From Deferribacterales bacterium (GTDB lineage: Bacteria > Chrysiogenota > Deferribacteres > Deferribacterales > Geovibrionaceae), in the NCBI GenBank assembly GCA_050253075.1, contig JBFWJS010000002.1:416001-480000 (forward strand): DNA of 64,000 nucleotides, given 5' to 3'. Below, in pieces: positions 48,648-59,414 of this stretch. How positions within the stretch are numbered: the first letter of the stretch is position 1; every line of letters starts with the position of its first letter. Made by a program: the position numbers and the translations under genes. Under the pieces are notes generated by a model. The model saw only the letters and a program-made list of their open reading frames with translations. It had not been told where the DNA came from and ran no database searches.

Positions 48648-49010
48648 ATGTACGAATCAACCAGCGCAACTTCCATCATAGACGGCAGAAGCCAGAGCGT
48701 GGCTCAAACATTTGAGCCTAAGCCTGTTAAAGCCGCTGATGAAGGCAGCAAGGATGCGGAAAGAAAGCCCGAAAAACAAGACGTTAGCGGGGAAGAGCTG
48801 GAAGCTTCAGTAGGCGAGCTGAATACGGCTCTCAAATCGCTCAATGTTAGGCGTGAATTCACTATCGAGAAAGAAATTAACGAAGTGGTTGTCAAGATCA
48901 TAGACAGCGATAACAAATCGGTGATCAGACAAATACCTAACGAAGAGGCTGTAAAGCTTTCCCAGAACATCAAAGAGATGGTCGGGCTTTTGTTTGACTC
49001 AACGTCATAA
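48648..49010 (+). CDS. flaG: Flagellar protein FlaG
   Basis: REFTIEKEINEVVVKIID..VIRQIPNEE..GLLFD; AAGGAG before MYEST. Confidence 0.92.
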   Translation: MYESTSATSIIDGRSQSVAQTFEPKPVKAADEGSKDAERKPEKQDVSGEELEASVGELNTALKSLNVRREFTIEKEINEVVVKIIDSDNKSVIRQIPNEEAVKLSQNIKEMVGLLFDSTS

Positions 49011-49041
49011 CAATTTTTTTAAAGATATGTCGGATTTTTTA

Positions 49042-49068
49042 TAAAGTATTTTTTTAAAGAACCGATTT
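49042..49068 (+). promoter_or_regulatory. Putative sigma28 promoter upstream of flagellin
   Basis: TAAA-N15-ACCGATTT. Confidence 0.6.
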
Positions 49069-49108
49069 TATCTCTAACAACAGAATAAGAAAGGTACTGA
49101 AATAATCG

Positions 49109-49152
49109 GGCCGATGTTTTCCCATTTTTGGGATGAACATCGGCCTTTTTTT
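49109..49152 (+). terminator. Strong intrinsic terminator between flaG and flagellin
   Basis: GGCCGATGTTTTCCCA-TTTT-TGGGATGAACATCGGCC followed by T7. Confidence 0.8.
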
Positions 49153-49177
49153 ATTTCCGGTTTAGGGGGTGTTGTAA

Positions 49178-49327
49178 GACACGGAAGTCACAGGATATCA
49201 AAAAGACGGATATTTAAAAAACAGTCAGAGCAGGATGCTCTGTAATAACACTACAAGCCATTATATTTTAAAAAATAAGAAAGAATACTCTAAGGCAAGG
49301 ACGCCAAAATAGAGATTTACACGGAGG
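49178..49327 (+). promoter_or_regulatory. Cluster of six GGA motifs (putative CsrA sites) in flagellin leader
   Basis: GAC-ACGGAA-GTC, CAGGA, ACGGA, CAGAG-CAGGATG-CTCTG, GGC-AAGGAC-GCC and the SD ACGGAGG. Confidence 0.7.
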
Positions 49328-49333
49328 TACAAA

Positions 49334-51700
49334 ATGGCAATGACAATTTATAACAACGTTCCTGCGCTCACATCGCAGAGATACCTTAGCCAAACAAACA
49401 ACGCTATATCCAGCAACCTTGAAAAACTTTCAAGCGGTCTCAGAATCAACAGCGCAGCTGACGACGCATCAGGTCTCGCTATATCTGAGAAACTCCGCGG
49501 ACAGATTTCTGGTCTTCAGAGAGCTTCCATGAACGCCCAGGACGGTATTTCACTCCTTCAGACAGCTGAAGGCGGTCTCTCTACTATACAGGATATGACA
49601 CAGAGAATGAGAGAGCTTGCAGTACAGGCCGGTAACGGTGTTTATACTACAAGTGACCGTGCTGAGATCCAGAAGGAAGTTGAGCAGCTTAAAGAAGAGA
49701 TCGACCGTGTTGCTTCTTCTACAGAATTCAACACGAAGAAACTTCTTAACGGTGATGCCACAGCTCTCTGGTCCACAGACAAAGCTGACAAGATCGACGC
49801 TGTTATCACAGGCCCAGTTGCAGAAGGTAACTACAACCTGAATATCGAAGTTGATCCTGGCTCTAACTATGTATACAAATCAGACGTTATGGCTCTGAAC
49901 GAAGACGCTATCGGAGCTGAAATCACAACTGTATACACAACTAACACATCTAACCTTGCATCTGTTTCAGACCCAACAAGCATCGAAGCTACAACAGGTT
50001 CTGCTGTTTACTCACTTGCAATAGGAAACTCAGCAGCAGCTTCAGTAGCAGCTGGTGACGCTCTTGCGACATTCCAGCAGACAGGCAGCAGCTTTACTGT
50101 TGACAGTGTTAACGTAATATCTGCATCTGCTTCAGGTTATATCGAACTGACATTCAGCGAAGATATGAATGCTGGATCTGCAAATGCAACAGTAGATGCT
50201 AAATATCGCTTCATCAATGCTAAAACCGGTGATGTAGGTGACTGGACAGATGTTACACTTGACTTTAGTGATGCTACAGATGCAACAGTGAGCATAGGCT
50301 CACTTGGTTTCAGTGCTACTATCACAGTCGGAACATCAGGCAGCACTCAGACTGGAGATAAAATCCTCTTCAGCGTATCTCAAAGTGCTGCTGATACAGA
50401 CTTAGCTTCCGGTGGTGGTACAATTAAAATATCCGGCGGACCATCCGATCAAGCTGGACCGACTATCATCTACTCTGGTAGCGCAACAGATGCTCTTACA
50501 CTCGCTGACAACGGCGACAACGTAGTAGACTACAATGACAAGACTGTTTACATGGCTTCAATGGATGAAGCTACAGGTAACATCAACATAGGTAGCCTGA
50601 CACTCAGCTTCAAAGAGAACGGAACAGCTGGTGCGACTATTACTGCAGCTGACGACAGAATCGATATCGCTGTTCGCGGTGCCGGTGAAGCAGCTACAAC
50701 ATCAACAAAACTGAGCGACATCGCTAGATTTACAACTGATGACGGACGTAACATCTTCGATGAAACTCAGGAACTGACAATCTACGGTAACGGTAAATCA
50801 ACTACTATTTACCTTGAAGGCGACGATACAATCGCTGACTTCGAAGAGAAACTCACTAACGCTCTCGTAGATGACCTCGGAATGGGTGCAACACCTGATA
50901 TATCCGACACTATGTCTGATGTGAACAACAACCTTGTAAACTACGTTTCCAGTGACACAGACGATACAAACGAAGCAGTTCAGGGTACATTCGTTATCCA
51001 GACAGCTAAACTTGGTTCTGACAGCCAGCTCTCCTTCATCGGCGATCAGGCTCTCATAGACGGTCTTTCACTGGCTACTATACAGGAAGGTACTAACAGT
51101 GCTATTACTGTAACAGCTACAGATGCTCACACTGGCGAGACAATCGGTTCTGACGAAGTTAACGATAACGTAGTCAGAAACCTTATCAAAGGTGTTGAGA
51201 TCACTGTAGACGGAAGCGTAGGCCTTGATATTTCTTGGGACGATACTAAGAAAGAGATGTCTTTCGCAGCAGGCGAAGCCGAAGATGTTAAAATCCACGT
51301 TGTTGACAACGCTATGGAAATGCAGATCGGTGCCAACGAAGGACAGACAATACTTACATCTATCCCACAGGTAGATACTCAGGCTCTCGGTCTCGACGAC
51401 ATCGTCCTCGTAGATCAGGAACTCGCTCAGAAAGCTATCACAAAGATCGATAAAGCTCTTGAGTCTATCTCAAGCACAAGAGCTACAATCGGTGCTCAGA
51501 TCAACAGACTTGACTACACAATCGTAGGTCTCGATACTGCTGCTGAGAACCTGACAGCTTCTGAATCTAGAATCCGTGACCTTGACTTTGCATCAGAGAT
51601 GACAGAGTTCACAAGAAACCAGATTCTGAACCAGGCAGGAACAGCTATGCTTTCACAAGCTAACAGCCTTCCTAACCTTGTTCTTCAGCTTCTTGGTTAA
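49334..51700 (+). CDS. fliC: Flagellin (788 aa, large variable region)
   Basis: LEKLSSGLRINSAADDASGLAISEKLR, NAQDGISLLQTAEG, QIGANEGQ, RATIGAQINRL, SRIRDLDFASEM, QANSLP..LQLLG. Confidence 0.96.
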   Translation: MAMTIYNNVPALTSQRYLSQTNNAISSNLEKLSSGLRINSAADDASGLAISEKLRGQISGLQRASMNAQDGISLLQTAEGGLSTIQDMTQRMRELAVQAGNGVYTTSDRAEIQKEVEQLKEEIDRVASSTEFNTKKLLNGDATALWSTDKADKIDAVITGPVAEGNYNLNIEVDPGSNYVYKSDVMALNEDAIGAEITTVYTTNTSNLASVSDPTSIEATTGSAVYSLAIGNSAAASVAAGDALATFQQTGSSFTVDSVNVISASASGYIELTFSEDMNAGSANATVDAKYRFINAKTGDVGDWTDVTLDFSDATDATVSIGSLGFSATITVGTSGSTQTGDKILFSVSQSAADTDLASGGGTIKISGGPSDQAGPTIIYSGSATDALTLADNGDNVVDYNDKTVYMASMDEATGNINIGSLTLSFKENGTAGATITAADDRIDIAVRGAGEAATTSTKLSDIARFTTDDGRNIFDETQELTIYGNGKSTTIYLEGDDTIADFEEKLTNALVDDLGMGATPDISDTMSDVNNNLVNYVSSDTDDTNEAVQGTFVIQTAKLGSDSQLSFIGDQALIDGLSLATIQEGTNSAITVTATDAHTGETIGSDEVNDNVVRNLIKGVEITVDGSVGLDISWDDTKKEMSFAAGEAEDVKIHVVDNAMEMQIGANEGQTILTSIPQVDTQALGLDDIVLVDQELAQKAITKIDKALESISSTRATIGAQINRLDYTIVGLDTAAENLTASESRIRDLDFASEMTEFTRNQILNQAGTAMLSQANSLPNLVLQLLG

Positions 51701-51731
51701 TAAAACCTAACAAGCGGTAACGCTTAAATAT

Positions 51732-51761
51732 AAAAAGGCCTTCTTCGGAAGGCCTTTTTTA
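51732..51761. terminator. Bidirectional terminator after flagellin
   Basis: AAAAAGGCCTTC-TTCG-GAAGGCCTTTTTT. Confidence 0.9.
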
Positions 51762-51808
51762 TTATTTGAAATCAATGATTAAACATATAGATTTTTTTAG
51801 GCAGATAT

Positions 51809-52993
51809 TCAGATACTGATGATTTCTGTATTCTCTCCGGTGAGGCTCAAGCCGCCGTCTTTGGTGACGACATAGGTATTCTCCAGCCCCACAAGGCCTG
51901 TGCCCGTGATGCCCCTCTTAGGCTCCACGGCCATCACCATGTTCTCCTCCAGAGGCAGGTCGAACCCTTTGGCAAAGACAGGATATTCGTCTATAACAAG
52001 ACCTACGCCGTGCCCGAGGAATTTTACACGTTCCTCGCCGACACCCATGAAATATTCAAGGAAATCTTCGTCATATTCAGAAAGCACGTCTTCGTATATC
52101 TTCGAAGGTATTTCACCGGGCTTCATCCTCGCAACGGTCGCCTCGAGTATAGCGACGCATTTGTCGTGATACTCATACGCCTCGTCGGGGAGAGAGCCGA
52201 AAGCATATACCTGTGTCTTGTCAGTGTGATACCCTTCCATACCGCATCCGATATCTGCGAAAACAAGCTCGTCTTTGCGGAGTGTCCTGTTTTCGTTACC
52301 CAGCAGAGGCACGGCAGGGGACATCCCCTTTATACCGCCGGGGCCGTCGAATGTGTTGTAATACATGGAGTTCTCGCCAAAGCATATCTGCCCCAGAAAA
52401 AGCTCCGTGTTGAACATGCCGATACGGGCGACACCGTGATGCCCTCTGTCCAGCATATGCTTTAATATCAGGGCTCCGAGCTCTTTTTCGCTCATCCCTT
52501 CTTTCAGCACGGCGGGGACAAAGTCCTCAAGGGTCTCTCTGTGCAGTTTCCCCGCTTTAAACATGATGTCCAGCTCGTAACGGCTCTTAACCGCACGGGT
52601 GGCAGCAAGGGCAAAGTCGCACGAATGTACATTTTCAAAAGCAAAGTATTTATTTATGCGCTCGAAGTGAGCAAGGGGGACAAATTCTTTTTCGATGTGG
52701 ACAGTCTTTCCGAGGTCTCCCGTAACAGGCGGGACATCCTTAAAAGACTTTATCTGTATGAGTCTGTCGAACTGAGACTCTATCTCTGCTCTGTAGAAGC
52801 TGCGGCGGACGAAAAAAACCGCATCGCCGTCTCTGGGAACGACAAGCACGCCGTTCTGCTGTGTACCTGTAAAGTAGAAGATGTTCACCTTGTTCATAAT
52901 GAACGCAGCGTTCCACCCCGCACAGTGTTTATCCATGTTTGTGCGGAATGATTCCATTCGGTTCTTCAGCTCTTCGGCAGGTATCAGTTTCAA
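51809..52993 (-). CDS. Xaa-Pro peptidase (M24) family protein
   Basis: Creatinase-like N-domain, RAVKS..E, ADIG..GYHTDKT, GHGVGL..DEYP, MAVEPK, GLENT. Confidence 0.85.
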   Translation of the reverse strand: MKLIPAEELKNRMESFRTNMDKHCAGWNAAFIMNKVNIFYFTGTQQNGVLVVPRDGDAVFFVRRSFYRAEIESQFDRLIQIKSFKDVPPVTGDLGKTVHIEKEFVPLAHFERINKYFAFENVHSCDFALAATRAVKSRYELDIMFKAGKLHRETLEDFVPAVLKEGMSEKELGALILKHMLDRGHHGVARIGMFNTELFLGQICFGENSMYYNTFDGPGGIKGMSPAVPLLGNENRTLRKDELVFADIGCGMEGYHTDKTQVYAFGSLPDEAYEYHDKCVAILEATVARMKPGEIPSKIYEDVLSEYDEDFLEYFMGVGEERVKFLGHGVGLVIDEYPVFAKGFDLPLEENMVMAVEPKRGITGTGLVGLENTYVVTKDGGLSLTGENTEIISI

Positions 52994-53964
52994 AGAAGCT
53001 CCTCCAGAGATATTTTTTTGGTTGATAAGAGATTACGCATCTTACTGAGCACACGTTTCTCTATCTGGCGCACACGCTCACGTGTTATGCCGAGGTCGTT
53101 TCCTATGGACTCGAGTGTTTCAGGGTCGTTCCCTGTGAGCCCGTAACGTCTTATTATTATAGTCTTTTCATTATCAGACAGGAAGGTGAGCCACTTAAAG
53201 ATGATCTCCTTCTTGCTGTTATTTTCTATCTTCAGATACGGATCGAGGTATTTCTCGTCGTCCGCTATGAATTCATGCAGGGTGCTGCTCTCGTCCCCGC
53301 CGACAGGCATGTCGAGAGACGTGTCCTGCTTTATAGCGTCGAACACTTTCTTCAGTGTGGAAAGCGGCATCTTGCATGCGGTGGAAAGCTCGTGGATTGT
53401 GGGTTCACGTCCGAACTTCTGCTGAAGCTCGTTCTGAGTTTTCATCACTTTGCTGATGTTCTCAGACATGTGAACAGGGATACGCACCATACGGCACTGG
53501 TTGATGATGGCTCTTTCTATCGCCTGTCTTATCCACCATGTTGCATATGTGCTGAATTTAAAGCCTTTGGTGTAGTCAAACTTCTCAACGGCTTTCAGCA
53601 GACCGATGTTCCCCTCTTCCACAAGGTCGACAAGGTTCATCCCTCTGTTGATATACTTTTTAGCGATGGAGACGACCAGCCTGAGGTTGCACTTGATCAT
53701 TGTCTCTTTCGATTCGTTGCACCCCTTTTCTATCCCCTGTGAAAGAGTCGCCTCTTCCTCTCGGGTCAGCACCGGGTACTTGGATATCTCATTGAGGTAG
53801 ATTTTGAATACTTCGAGATCCTCGGAAGAATATTCGTACTTCGGCTCATGCTCTATGTCGCACGTGTCGAATTTCGGCTCGATCTCTTCCTCTTCTGAAA
53901 GATCAGTAGGACCCTCCTCATCTTCCAGAAACGTATCCTTCTCTTCGATTTCAGGCTCGCTCAT
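52990..53964 (-). CDS. rpoS: RNA polymerase sigma factor, RpoS-like
   Basis: [64 protein letters not shown]; no region 1.1; downstream of pcm. Confidence 0.8.
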   Translation of the reverse strand: MSEPEIEEKDTFLEDEEGPTDLSEEEEIEPKFDTCDIEHEPKYEYSSEDLEVFKIYLNEISKYPVLTREEEATLSQGIEKGCNESKETMIKCNLRLVVSIAKKYINRGMNLVDLVEEGNIGLLKAVEKFDYTKGFKFSTYATWWIRQAIERAIINQCRMVRIPVHMSENISKVMKTQNELQQKFGREPTIHELSTACKMPLSTLKKVFDAIKQDTSLDMPVGGDESSTLHEFIADDEKYLDPYLKIENNSKKEIIFKWLTFLSDNEKTIIIRRYGLTGNDPETLESIGNDLGITRERVRQIEKRVLSKMRNLLSTKKISLEELL

Positions 53965-54010
53965 AATCTCTCCAGCAGTTCTCTGAACTTTTTGATTAAA
54001 GGTATCATAA

Positions 54011-54146
54011 CCTGAAAGAATGGCGGTATCACGGTATGGATATTCGGCATGGATCGAAATAGAGGGGTTAGCCCTTTTGTCAGCCCATCCGCATCTTCCA
54101 CTCACTAAGAGTGCACTCCATAACTCCGGCAAGACCTCCTTTCAGG
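54011..54146 (-). ncRNA. Putative structured RNA leader upstream of rpoS-like gene
   Basis: Nested pairings CCUGAAAGGA/UUCUUUCAGG, CGG/CCG, UAUGGA/UCCAUA enclosing CACUC/GAGUG and further hairpins. Confidence 0.4.
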
Positions 54147-54393
54147 ACGTAAAAACCAGATAAAGCAGCCGAAAGACCTGAATGATAGGCGACTTCTTCT
54201 AACACACCACTGTAAAACGAAGCTAAGGCAGCTTTGTGGTTTTCACAGCATTTAATATAACCCGATTTTATTTAAAATGGAAGGATGAAATTGTAGCAAT
54301 ATGAGTGAGTTCAGAAACCATATATAAGAGAATCTATATATTTAGAATTAGCACGCTCAGCTTTTTTATAACATATAATTAGGCACCGCAGTA

Positions 54394-55002
54394 TCAGCCC
54401 GCACCGACAAAGTCTACAAAACTGCATTCAGCAAGCGGTTCTATCTTTACCTCACCCTCACATTTTGTAACTCTCATCAGCTTCCCATCTGCGGGTACGA
54501 GCATCAGTCCGCCCTCCGCCAGCTGGTCTATCAGCTCCTGCGGAACGATCTTCCCCTCTGCTGTGGCTATGATGCGGTCGAAAGGCCCCATGTCCGGCCA
54601 GCCGAGTATCGTCGGCTGCAGCCTCATCTTCACATTTCTCAGAGGGATACGCTTTATGATGTTATAAGAGCGTTTATGCAGCTCGGGCACACGCTCCACG
54701 CTATATACAGTCTTGCACAGCTTCGACAGTATCGCCGCCTGAAAGCCTGACCCTGTGCCTATCTCCAGCACTGTATGGTCAGAGCCCACCTCAAGCATCT
54801 TTGTCATGAATGCCACGGTGGAAGGCTTTGATATGGTCTGTCCGTATCCTATGGGGAGAGCGTCGTCTTTGTACGCCATTTTCAGCATAGCTTCATCGAG
54901 AAACTTATGCCTCGGTGTTTTCAGGAATGCTTCTATAATATCCTTATCCCACTTACAAGCGGGACCGACAGCTTCTTTTATATATGATTCAGGGATATTC
55001 AT
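54394..55002 (-). CDS. pcm: Protein-L-isoaspartate O-methyltransferase
   Basis: PRHKFL, ALPIGYGQTISKP, VLEIGTGSGFQAA, PFDRII, FVDFV. Confidence 0.92.
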   Translation of the reverse strand: MNIPESYIKEAVGPACKWDKDIIEAFLKTPRHKFLDEAMLKMAYKDDALPIGYGQTISKPSTVAFMTKMLEVGSDHTVLEIGTGSGFQAAILSKLCKTVYSVERVPELHKRSYNIIKRIPLRNVKMRLQPTILGWPDMGPFDRIIATAEGKIVPQELIDQLAEGGLMLVPADGKLMRVTKCEGEVKIEPLAECSFVDFVGAG

Positions 55003-55881
55003 TTACAGCCTGATCTGTGTGCCGATGCCTGAGTCGGTGAACATCTCAAGCAGCACAGAGTGAGACACGCGTCCGTCGACGATGTGCGCCTTTGCCACAC
55101 CGTTGGACACTGCGTCCAGAGCACAGTCTATCTTAGGGATCATCCCCCCTGTCAGGGTTCCGTCCTTTTTCAGCATGCGTATCTTCTCAGGTGTCAGTGT
55201 GGATATAAGGTTCCCCTCTTTATCCAGAACACCCTTCACGTCTGTCAGCAGAATCAGCTTTCTCGCTTTCAGCGCAGATGCAATGCTGCCTGCTACGAGG
55301 TCTGCGTTTATGTTATAAGGCTGATAATCCTCGCCCACGCCCACAGGAGCGATAACAGGGATAAAATCCCTTGCGATGGTGTTCAGCACGCCGGTATCAA
55401 CTTTCTTCACTGTTCCCACGTGTCCGAGGTCGATGATCTCGGGGGTCATGACAAATTCGTCCCCCTCTTTCAGATACAGCTTTTCAGCCGTGATGAGGTT
55501 TCCGTCTTTGCCCGAAAGACCGATGGCCTTACCGCCGTTTATGTTTATCAGGCTGACGATGTCTTTGTTCACCTTACCGGCGAGCACCATCTCAACGATG
55601 TTCATCGTCTGCTTGTCCGTAACCCTCATACCTGACACGAAATGGCTTTCGATATTCAGCTTTTTCAGCATTTCGCCTATCTGGGGACCGCCGCCGTGCA
55701 CTATGATTGGGTTCAGACCTATATACTTCATCATCACGACATCACGGGCAAAGCTGAACTTAAGCTCGTCGTCCACCATAGCGTGTCCGCCGTACTTGAT
55801 AACGATTGTCTGGCCGTAGAACTCTTTGATGTAAGGGAGTGATTCTATAAGAATATCCGCTTTTCTGATCAGCTCTTCCAT
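55003..55881 (-). CDS. argB: Acetylglutamate kinase
   Basis: [45 protein letters not shown]. Confidence 0.97.
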   Translation of the reverse strand: MEELIRKADILIESLPYIKEFYGQTIVIKYGGHAMVDDELKFSFARDVVMMKYIGLNPIIVHGGGPQIGEMLKKLNIESHFVSGMRVTDKQTMNIVEMVLAGKVNKDIVSLININGGKAIGLSGKDGNLITAEKLYLKEGDEFVMTPEIIDLGHVGTVKKVDTGVLNTIARDFIPVIAPVGVGEDYQPYNINADLVAGSIASALKARKLILLTDVKGVLDKEGNLISTLTPEKIRMLKKDGTLTGGMIPKIDCALDAVSNGVAKAHIVDGRVSHSVLLEMFTDSGIGTQIRL

Positions 55882-55969
55882 GATTCCTCCGGATGTATAT
55901 GGTCAAAAGTATTAGAATCTTACGAAAGTATCGGCTAATTTGCAAGAATATTAACGGGGCAAAGTATCT

Positions 55970-57592
55970 TTAGTTTCCCGCTTTGAACGGTATATGCGGC
56001 ATTTCCACGGTGAATCTGGCTCCGTGCTTGCCGTTGTCGCAGGTGATAGAGCCGTTCAGGCTGTTTTCGGCTATGGCTTTTGCCATGTGAAGTCCGATGC
56101 CCGTCCCTTTGCTCTTCGGCTTTGTGGTGAATTCCGAATCGAAAATCTTACACATTATATCCGCAGGTATGCCCGTGCCGTTGTCCTCTATGCTGATGAA
56201 CGCCGTGCCCTCTTTCACCCCTGTGGTGATGTATATGTGCCCTGCTTCGGTCACGCCTTTGCTGCCGTCTTCACGGGATTCCATGATGGCATCCACGCTG
56301 TTGTTCAGCAGGTTTATGATGACCTGCTTATACAGGTTAGGATATCCGAAGACGACGATGCCCGCATCGGTTTTGAAATCTTCTGAATGAAATCTGACCC
56401 CGTGCCCGTATTCCAGAGTGAGCACATGCCCCTGCTGTCCGTCGATGTCGCACATGATGGTCACATTCACCGCACCCACTTCAAACCTGCCGTACTGCAT
56501 TTTTACCACATCTACGGTCTTTTCTATCAGGTTAAAGTATTCCTTGTCAGGCTCCGGTCTGAAAAAGTTGCGGAAGTCGTCCATTGTCTCTGACATGAAG
56601 CGGATGTAAGACATACACTCGTCTATGGCATCGTCCAGATACTGTATATCCAGCTCTCCGAAATGATATGCGTCACGGATGTCTTCTATGATGAAGCTGA
56701 GTGCGCTGAGCGGCTGTCTCCACTGGTGGGCAATGCTGGAGACCATCTCGCCCATCTCTGCCAGACGTGCATGATAAAGTATGTCTTCCTGCTGTTTACG
56801 CCCTTTGGAAACCTCTGTCTGCACCTGAAACTTCATGTTCATTTTCAGTGCGTCCAGCTCTGCCTGCTTTATATCCAGAAGTCTCCTGCTGTGAGAGAGT
56901 TCATCTTCCTTATTCTTATAATGTGTGATGTCCTGAACATACCCGCCGCCGCCTGCATAGTTTCCGTTTTCGTCATAGAAAGCCGTCAGATCGATCTTCA
57001 GCCAGATTATTCTGCCGTCTTTGTGCCTGAGTGCTATCTCAGCGTCTTCAAGGTGTCCGTCCCGCATGATCTTTTGTTTCAGAAGGTCATAGCTGCGCTC
57101 ATTTGCAGCGAACTGACTGCGGAGACTCCCGCCCAAAAGCTCCTCAGGGGTATATCCAAGCAGTTTTGCGCTGTTATCCGTGAAAAATATGAAATTACCG
57201 AATCTGTCCGAGCGGTAGAAAGTACCGAGCAGCCTTTCTGCTATTTCGCCTATGGCAGAGTTATTCTTTCTAGTCTCATCAGGCCCCAGTCCCACAGGCT
57301 CATAAAGCCTGACATTATAGCCCTGCTCTGTCGCCTCGGCGGTGTAAAGCGCATATATATAATGCTCTCCGAACCTGCCGAAGATGGCGGAATTGTTTAA
57401 TTTCTCTTCATTTTTCAGTGATTTGATATCGTTCACGATGGAAACATAGTCGGGATGCAAAACACCGGTGAGCGGACAGCCCGTCACATCAGGCTTCTGG
57501 TCTGCACAGCACAGTTCCACATCGGATATGATCAGCTCAGGAGTGAGCCTCAGCACATATAAACATTGACCGGACAAAACTTCCCCCAACAA
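55970..57592 (-). CDS. Cytoplasmic PAS-domain sensor histidine kinase
   Basis: PAS/PAC (LLGYTPEEL, HKDGRIIW), H-box IAHQWRQPL, NLLNNS, DNGTGI, FTTK..GTGIGL. Confidence 0.88.
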   Translation of the reverse strand: MLGEVLSGQCLYVLRLTPELIISDVELCCADQKPDVTGCPLTGVLHPDYVSIVNDIKSLKNEEKLNNSAIFGRFGEHYIYALYTAEATEQGYNVRLYEPVGLGPDETRKNNSAIGEIAERLLGTFYRSDRFGNFIFFTDNSAKLLGYTPEELLGGSLRSQFAANERSYDLLKQKIMRDGHLEDAEIALRHKDGRIIWLKIDLTAFYDENGNYAGGGGYVQDITHYKNKEDELSHSRRLLDIKQAELDALKMNMKFQVQTEVSKGRKQQEDILYHARLAEMGEMVSSIAHQWRQPLSALSFIIEDIRDAYHFGELDIQYLDDAIDECMSYIRFMSETMDDFRNFFRPEPDKEYFNLIEKTVDVVKMQYGRFEVGAVNVTIMCDIDGQQGHVLTLEYGHGVRFHSEDFKTDAGIVVFGYPNLYKQVIINLLNNSVDAIMESREDGSKGVTEAGHIYITTGVKEGTAFISIEDNGTGIPADIMCKIFDSEFTTKPKSKGTGIGLHMAKAIAENSLNGSITCDNGKHGARFTVEMPHIPFKAGN

Positions 57593-57635
57593 ATAATCTA
57601 TACAATATTAGCACAATTTTAGAAGGTAGAAAGTA

Positions 57636-58601
57636 TTATCTGGTTTTTATCTCTATATGCTTTGCGAGGATAGTTACGGCCATTGCATACTTTATGCTTG
57701 GGTTATATCTGGTCACAGCGTAGAAGTTGTTGAAAATTATCCAGTATTCTGTCCCTTCATCACCTTCGAGCGTGACTAGTGCGCCTTTCAGCTTCGGATT
57801 CACCCACATGGACGGGAGCAGTCCGTCGTTTTTCATCTGTGCCACGGTAAACTTTGGCCTGATACCCTGATCAAGGTACTTCTTCCACCTTGTGCCTGTG
57901 GTACGCACCTTTACAGCTAGGGGTTCATCCTTTTCCCACCCGTGGGATTTCAGATAGTTCGCTATGCTGCCGATGGAATCTGCACCGGATTTGAAGATGT
58001 TCACCCTGCCGTCCCCCGACCATTCCCTGCCGAATTTCAGTATGTTCGAAGGCATGAACTGAGGCATGCCGACAGCTCCAGCGTATGAACTTTTCAGGTT
58101 GAAAGGGTCGAGCTTCTGCCTGTAGGCATACACCATAAGGGATTCCAGCTCGTTCTTAAAATATTCCGCACGTCTGGGGTAATAGAATGCAAGGGTAAAG
58201 AGAGCATCCATCGCTCTGTGGGTCAGAGCATATGTGCCGTAGTCCGTCTCTACACCGAGTATAGCAACAATGACATAAGGATCCACGCCGTATGAGCGTC
58301 TCGCCTTTGCCAGTGATTTCGGATAGTCTTTATAGAAGTCTATGCCCTTCTTTATCTTCCGCTCGGTGATAAAGTTCGGCTTATAGTCTTTCCAAGGTTT
58401 AGCCTCTGCCTGTCTGTCCATCAGCTCGATACACACGTCTGTGCGCTCTGCTCTTTTCAGCCATTTCAGCACTGCTTTCTCGCTTATTTTACCGTTCACC
58501 GCCACACGGTGTGCGAATGAACGCATCTCGTCCGTCAGCTCACCTGCATAAACGTTGAACGACAGCAAAAACAGCAGAATGTATATAGTATATTTAATCA
58601 T
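57636..58601 (-). CDS. mltB: Lytic murein transglycosylase B family
   Basis: IVAILGVETDYG, SSYAGAVGMPQFMPS, SIANYLKSHGW, NFYAVTRYNPS..YA. Confidence 0.9.
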   Translation of the reverse strand: MIKYTIYILLFLLSFNVYAGELTDEMRSFAHRVAVNGKISEKAVLKWLKRAERTDVCIELMDRQAEAKPWKDYKPNFITERKIKKGIDFYKDYPKSLAKARRSYGVDPYVIVAILGVETDYGTYALTHRAMDALFTLAFYYPRRAEYFKNELESLMVYAYRQKLDPFNLKSSYAGAVGMPQFMPSNILKFGREWSGDGRVNIFKSGADSIGSIANYLKSHGWEKDEPLAVKVRTTGTRWKKYLDQGIRPKFTVAQMKNDGLLPSMWVNPKLKGALVTLEGDEGTEYWIIFNNFYAVTRYNPSIKYAMAVTILAKHIEIKTR

Positions 58602-58708
58602 ATAGATGTATCTGGTCTTTATTAATCATTTGAACTATACTTACATATCGGACAATTATTTGTAACATAAAGATGTTAAATTAAATAAAGAAATTTTGAG
58701 GAATTATT

Positions 58709-59350
58709 ATGATCATAGCACCATCAGTATTATCGGCGGATTTTTCCATTCTGGCCGAAGAGATAAAAGCCATAGACGAGGCGGGCGCAGACTGGATACA
58801 CCTCGACGTTATGGACGGCATGTTCGTCCCGAATATAACATTCGGCGCACCCGTTATAAAAATGCTGCGTAAATGCACCGAAAAGACATTCGACGCTCAC
58901 CTTATGATAAATGACCCCGACAGATACATCGAAGACTTTGCAAATGCTGGGTGCGACTTCATCACCGTGCATCAGGAGGCGTGTACGCACCTTCACCGCA
59001 CTATATCACTGATAAAAGAATGCGGTAAAAAGGCCGGCGTATCCCTTAACCCTGCCACATCTCTGGAGACGATACGTGAGATCCTCCCATATGTGGATAT
59101 GGTACTTATCATGTCTGTGAACCCCGGTTTTGGTGGACAAAAGTTCATTCCGACGAGCTTCGCGAAAATTACAAATCTTTACAATATGGCGAAGGATATT
59201 AATCCTGAGCTCATAATACAGGTCGATGGCGGAGTAAATAACAAGAACATCAAAGACTTGAAGGACGCGGGCTGTAACTGTGTCGTGGCGGGCAGCTACG
59301 TCTTCGGAAATGATGATTATAAAAAAGCCATAAATTCTCTTAAAATTTGA
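58709..59350 (+). CDS. rpe: Ribulose-phosphate 3-epimerase
   Basis: [49 protein letters not shown]. Confidence 0.97.
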   Translation: MIIAPSVLSADFSILAEEIKAIDEAGADWIHLDVMDGMFVPNITFGAPVIKMLRKCTEKTFDAHLMINDPDRYIEDFANAGCDFITVHQEACTHLHRTISLIKECGKKAGVSLNPATSLETIREILPYVDMVLIMSVNPGFGGQKFIPTSFAKITNLYNMAKDINPELIIQVDGGVNNKNIKDLKDAGCNCVVAGSYVFGNDDYKKAINSLKI

Positions 59351-59414
59351 CCTGATTCCCTTACAAGAATTGTCCCGTGTGGTATATTAGAAATATCAGA
59401 CGGAGGTAAACGAA

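Noticed and set aside
53965..54132. N-terminal extension of the sigma factor in the ORF track (TTG at 54132)
   Set aside because: SD is only 2 nt from the TTG and the extension is not sigma-like; ATG at 53964 has GGAGAG at normal spacing.
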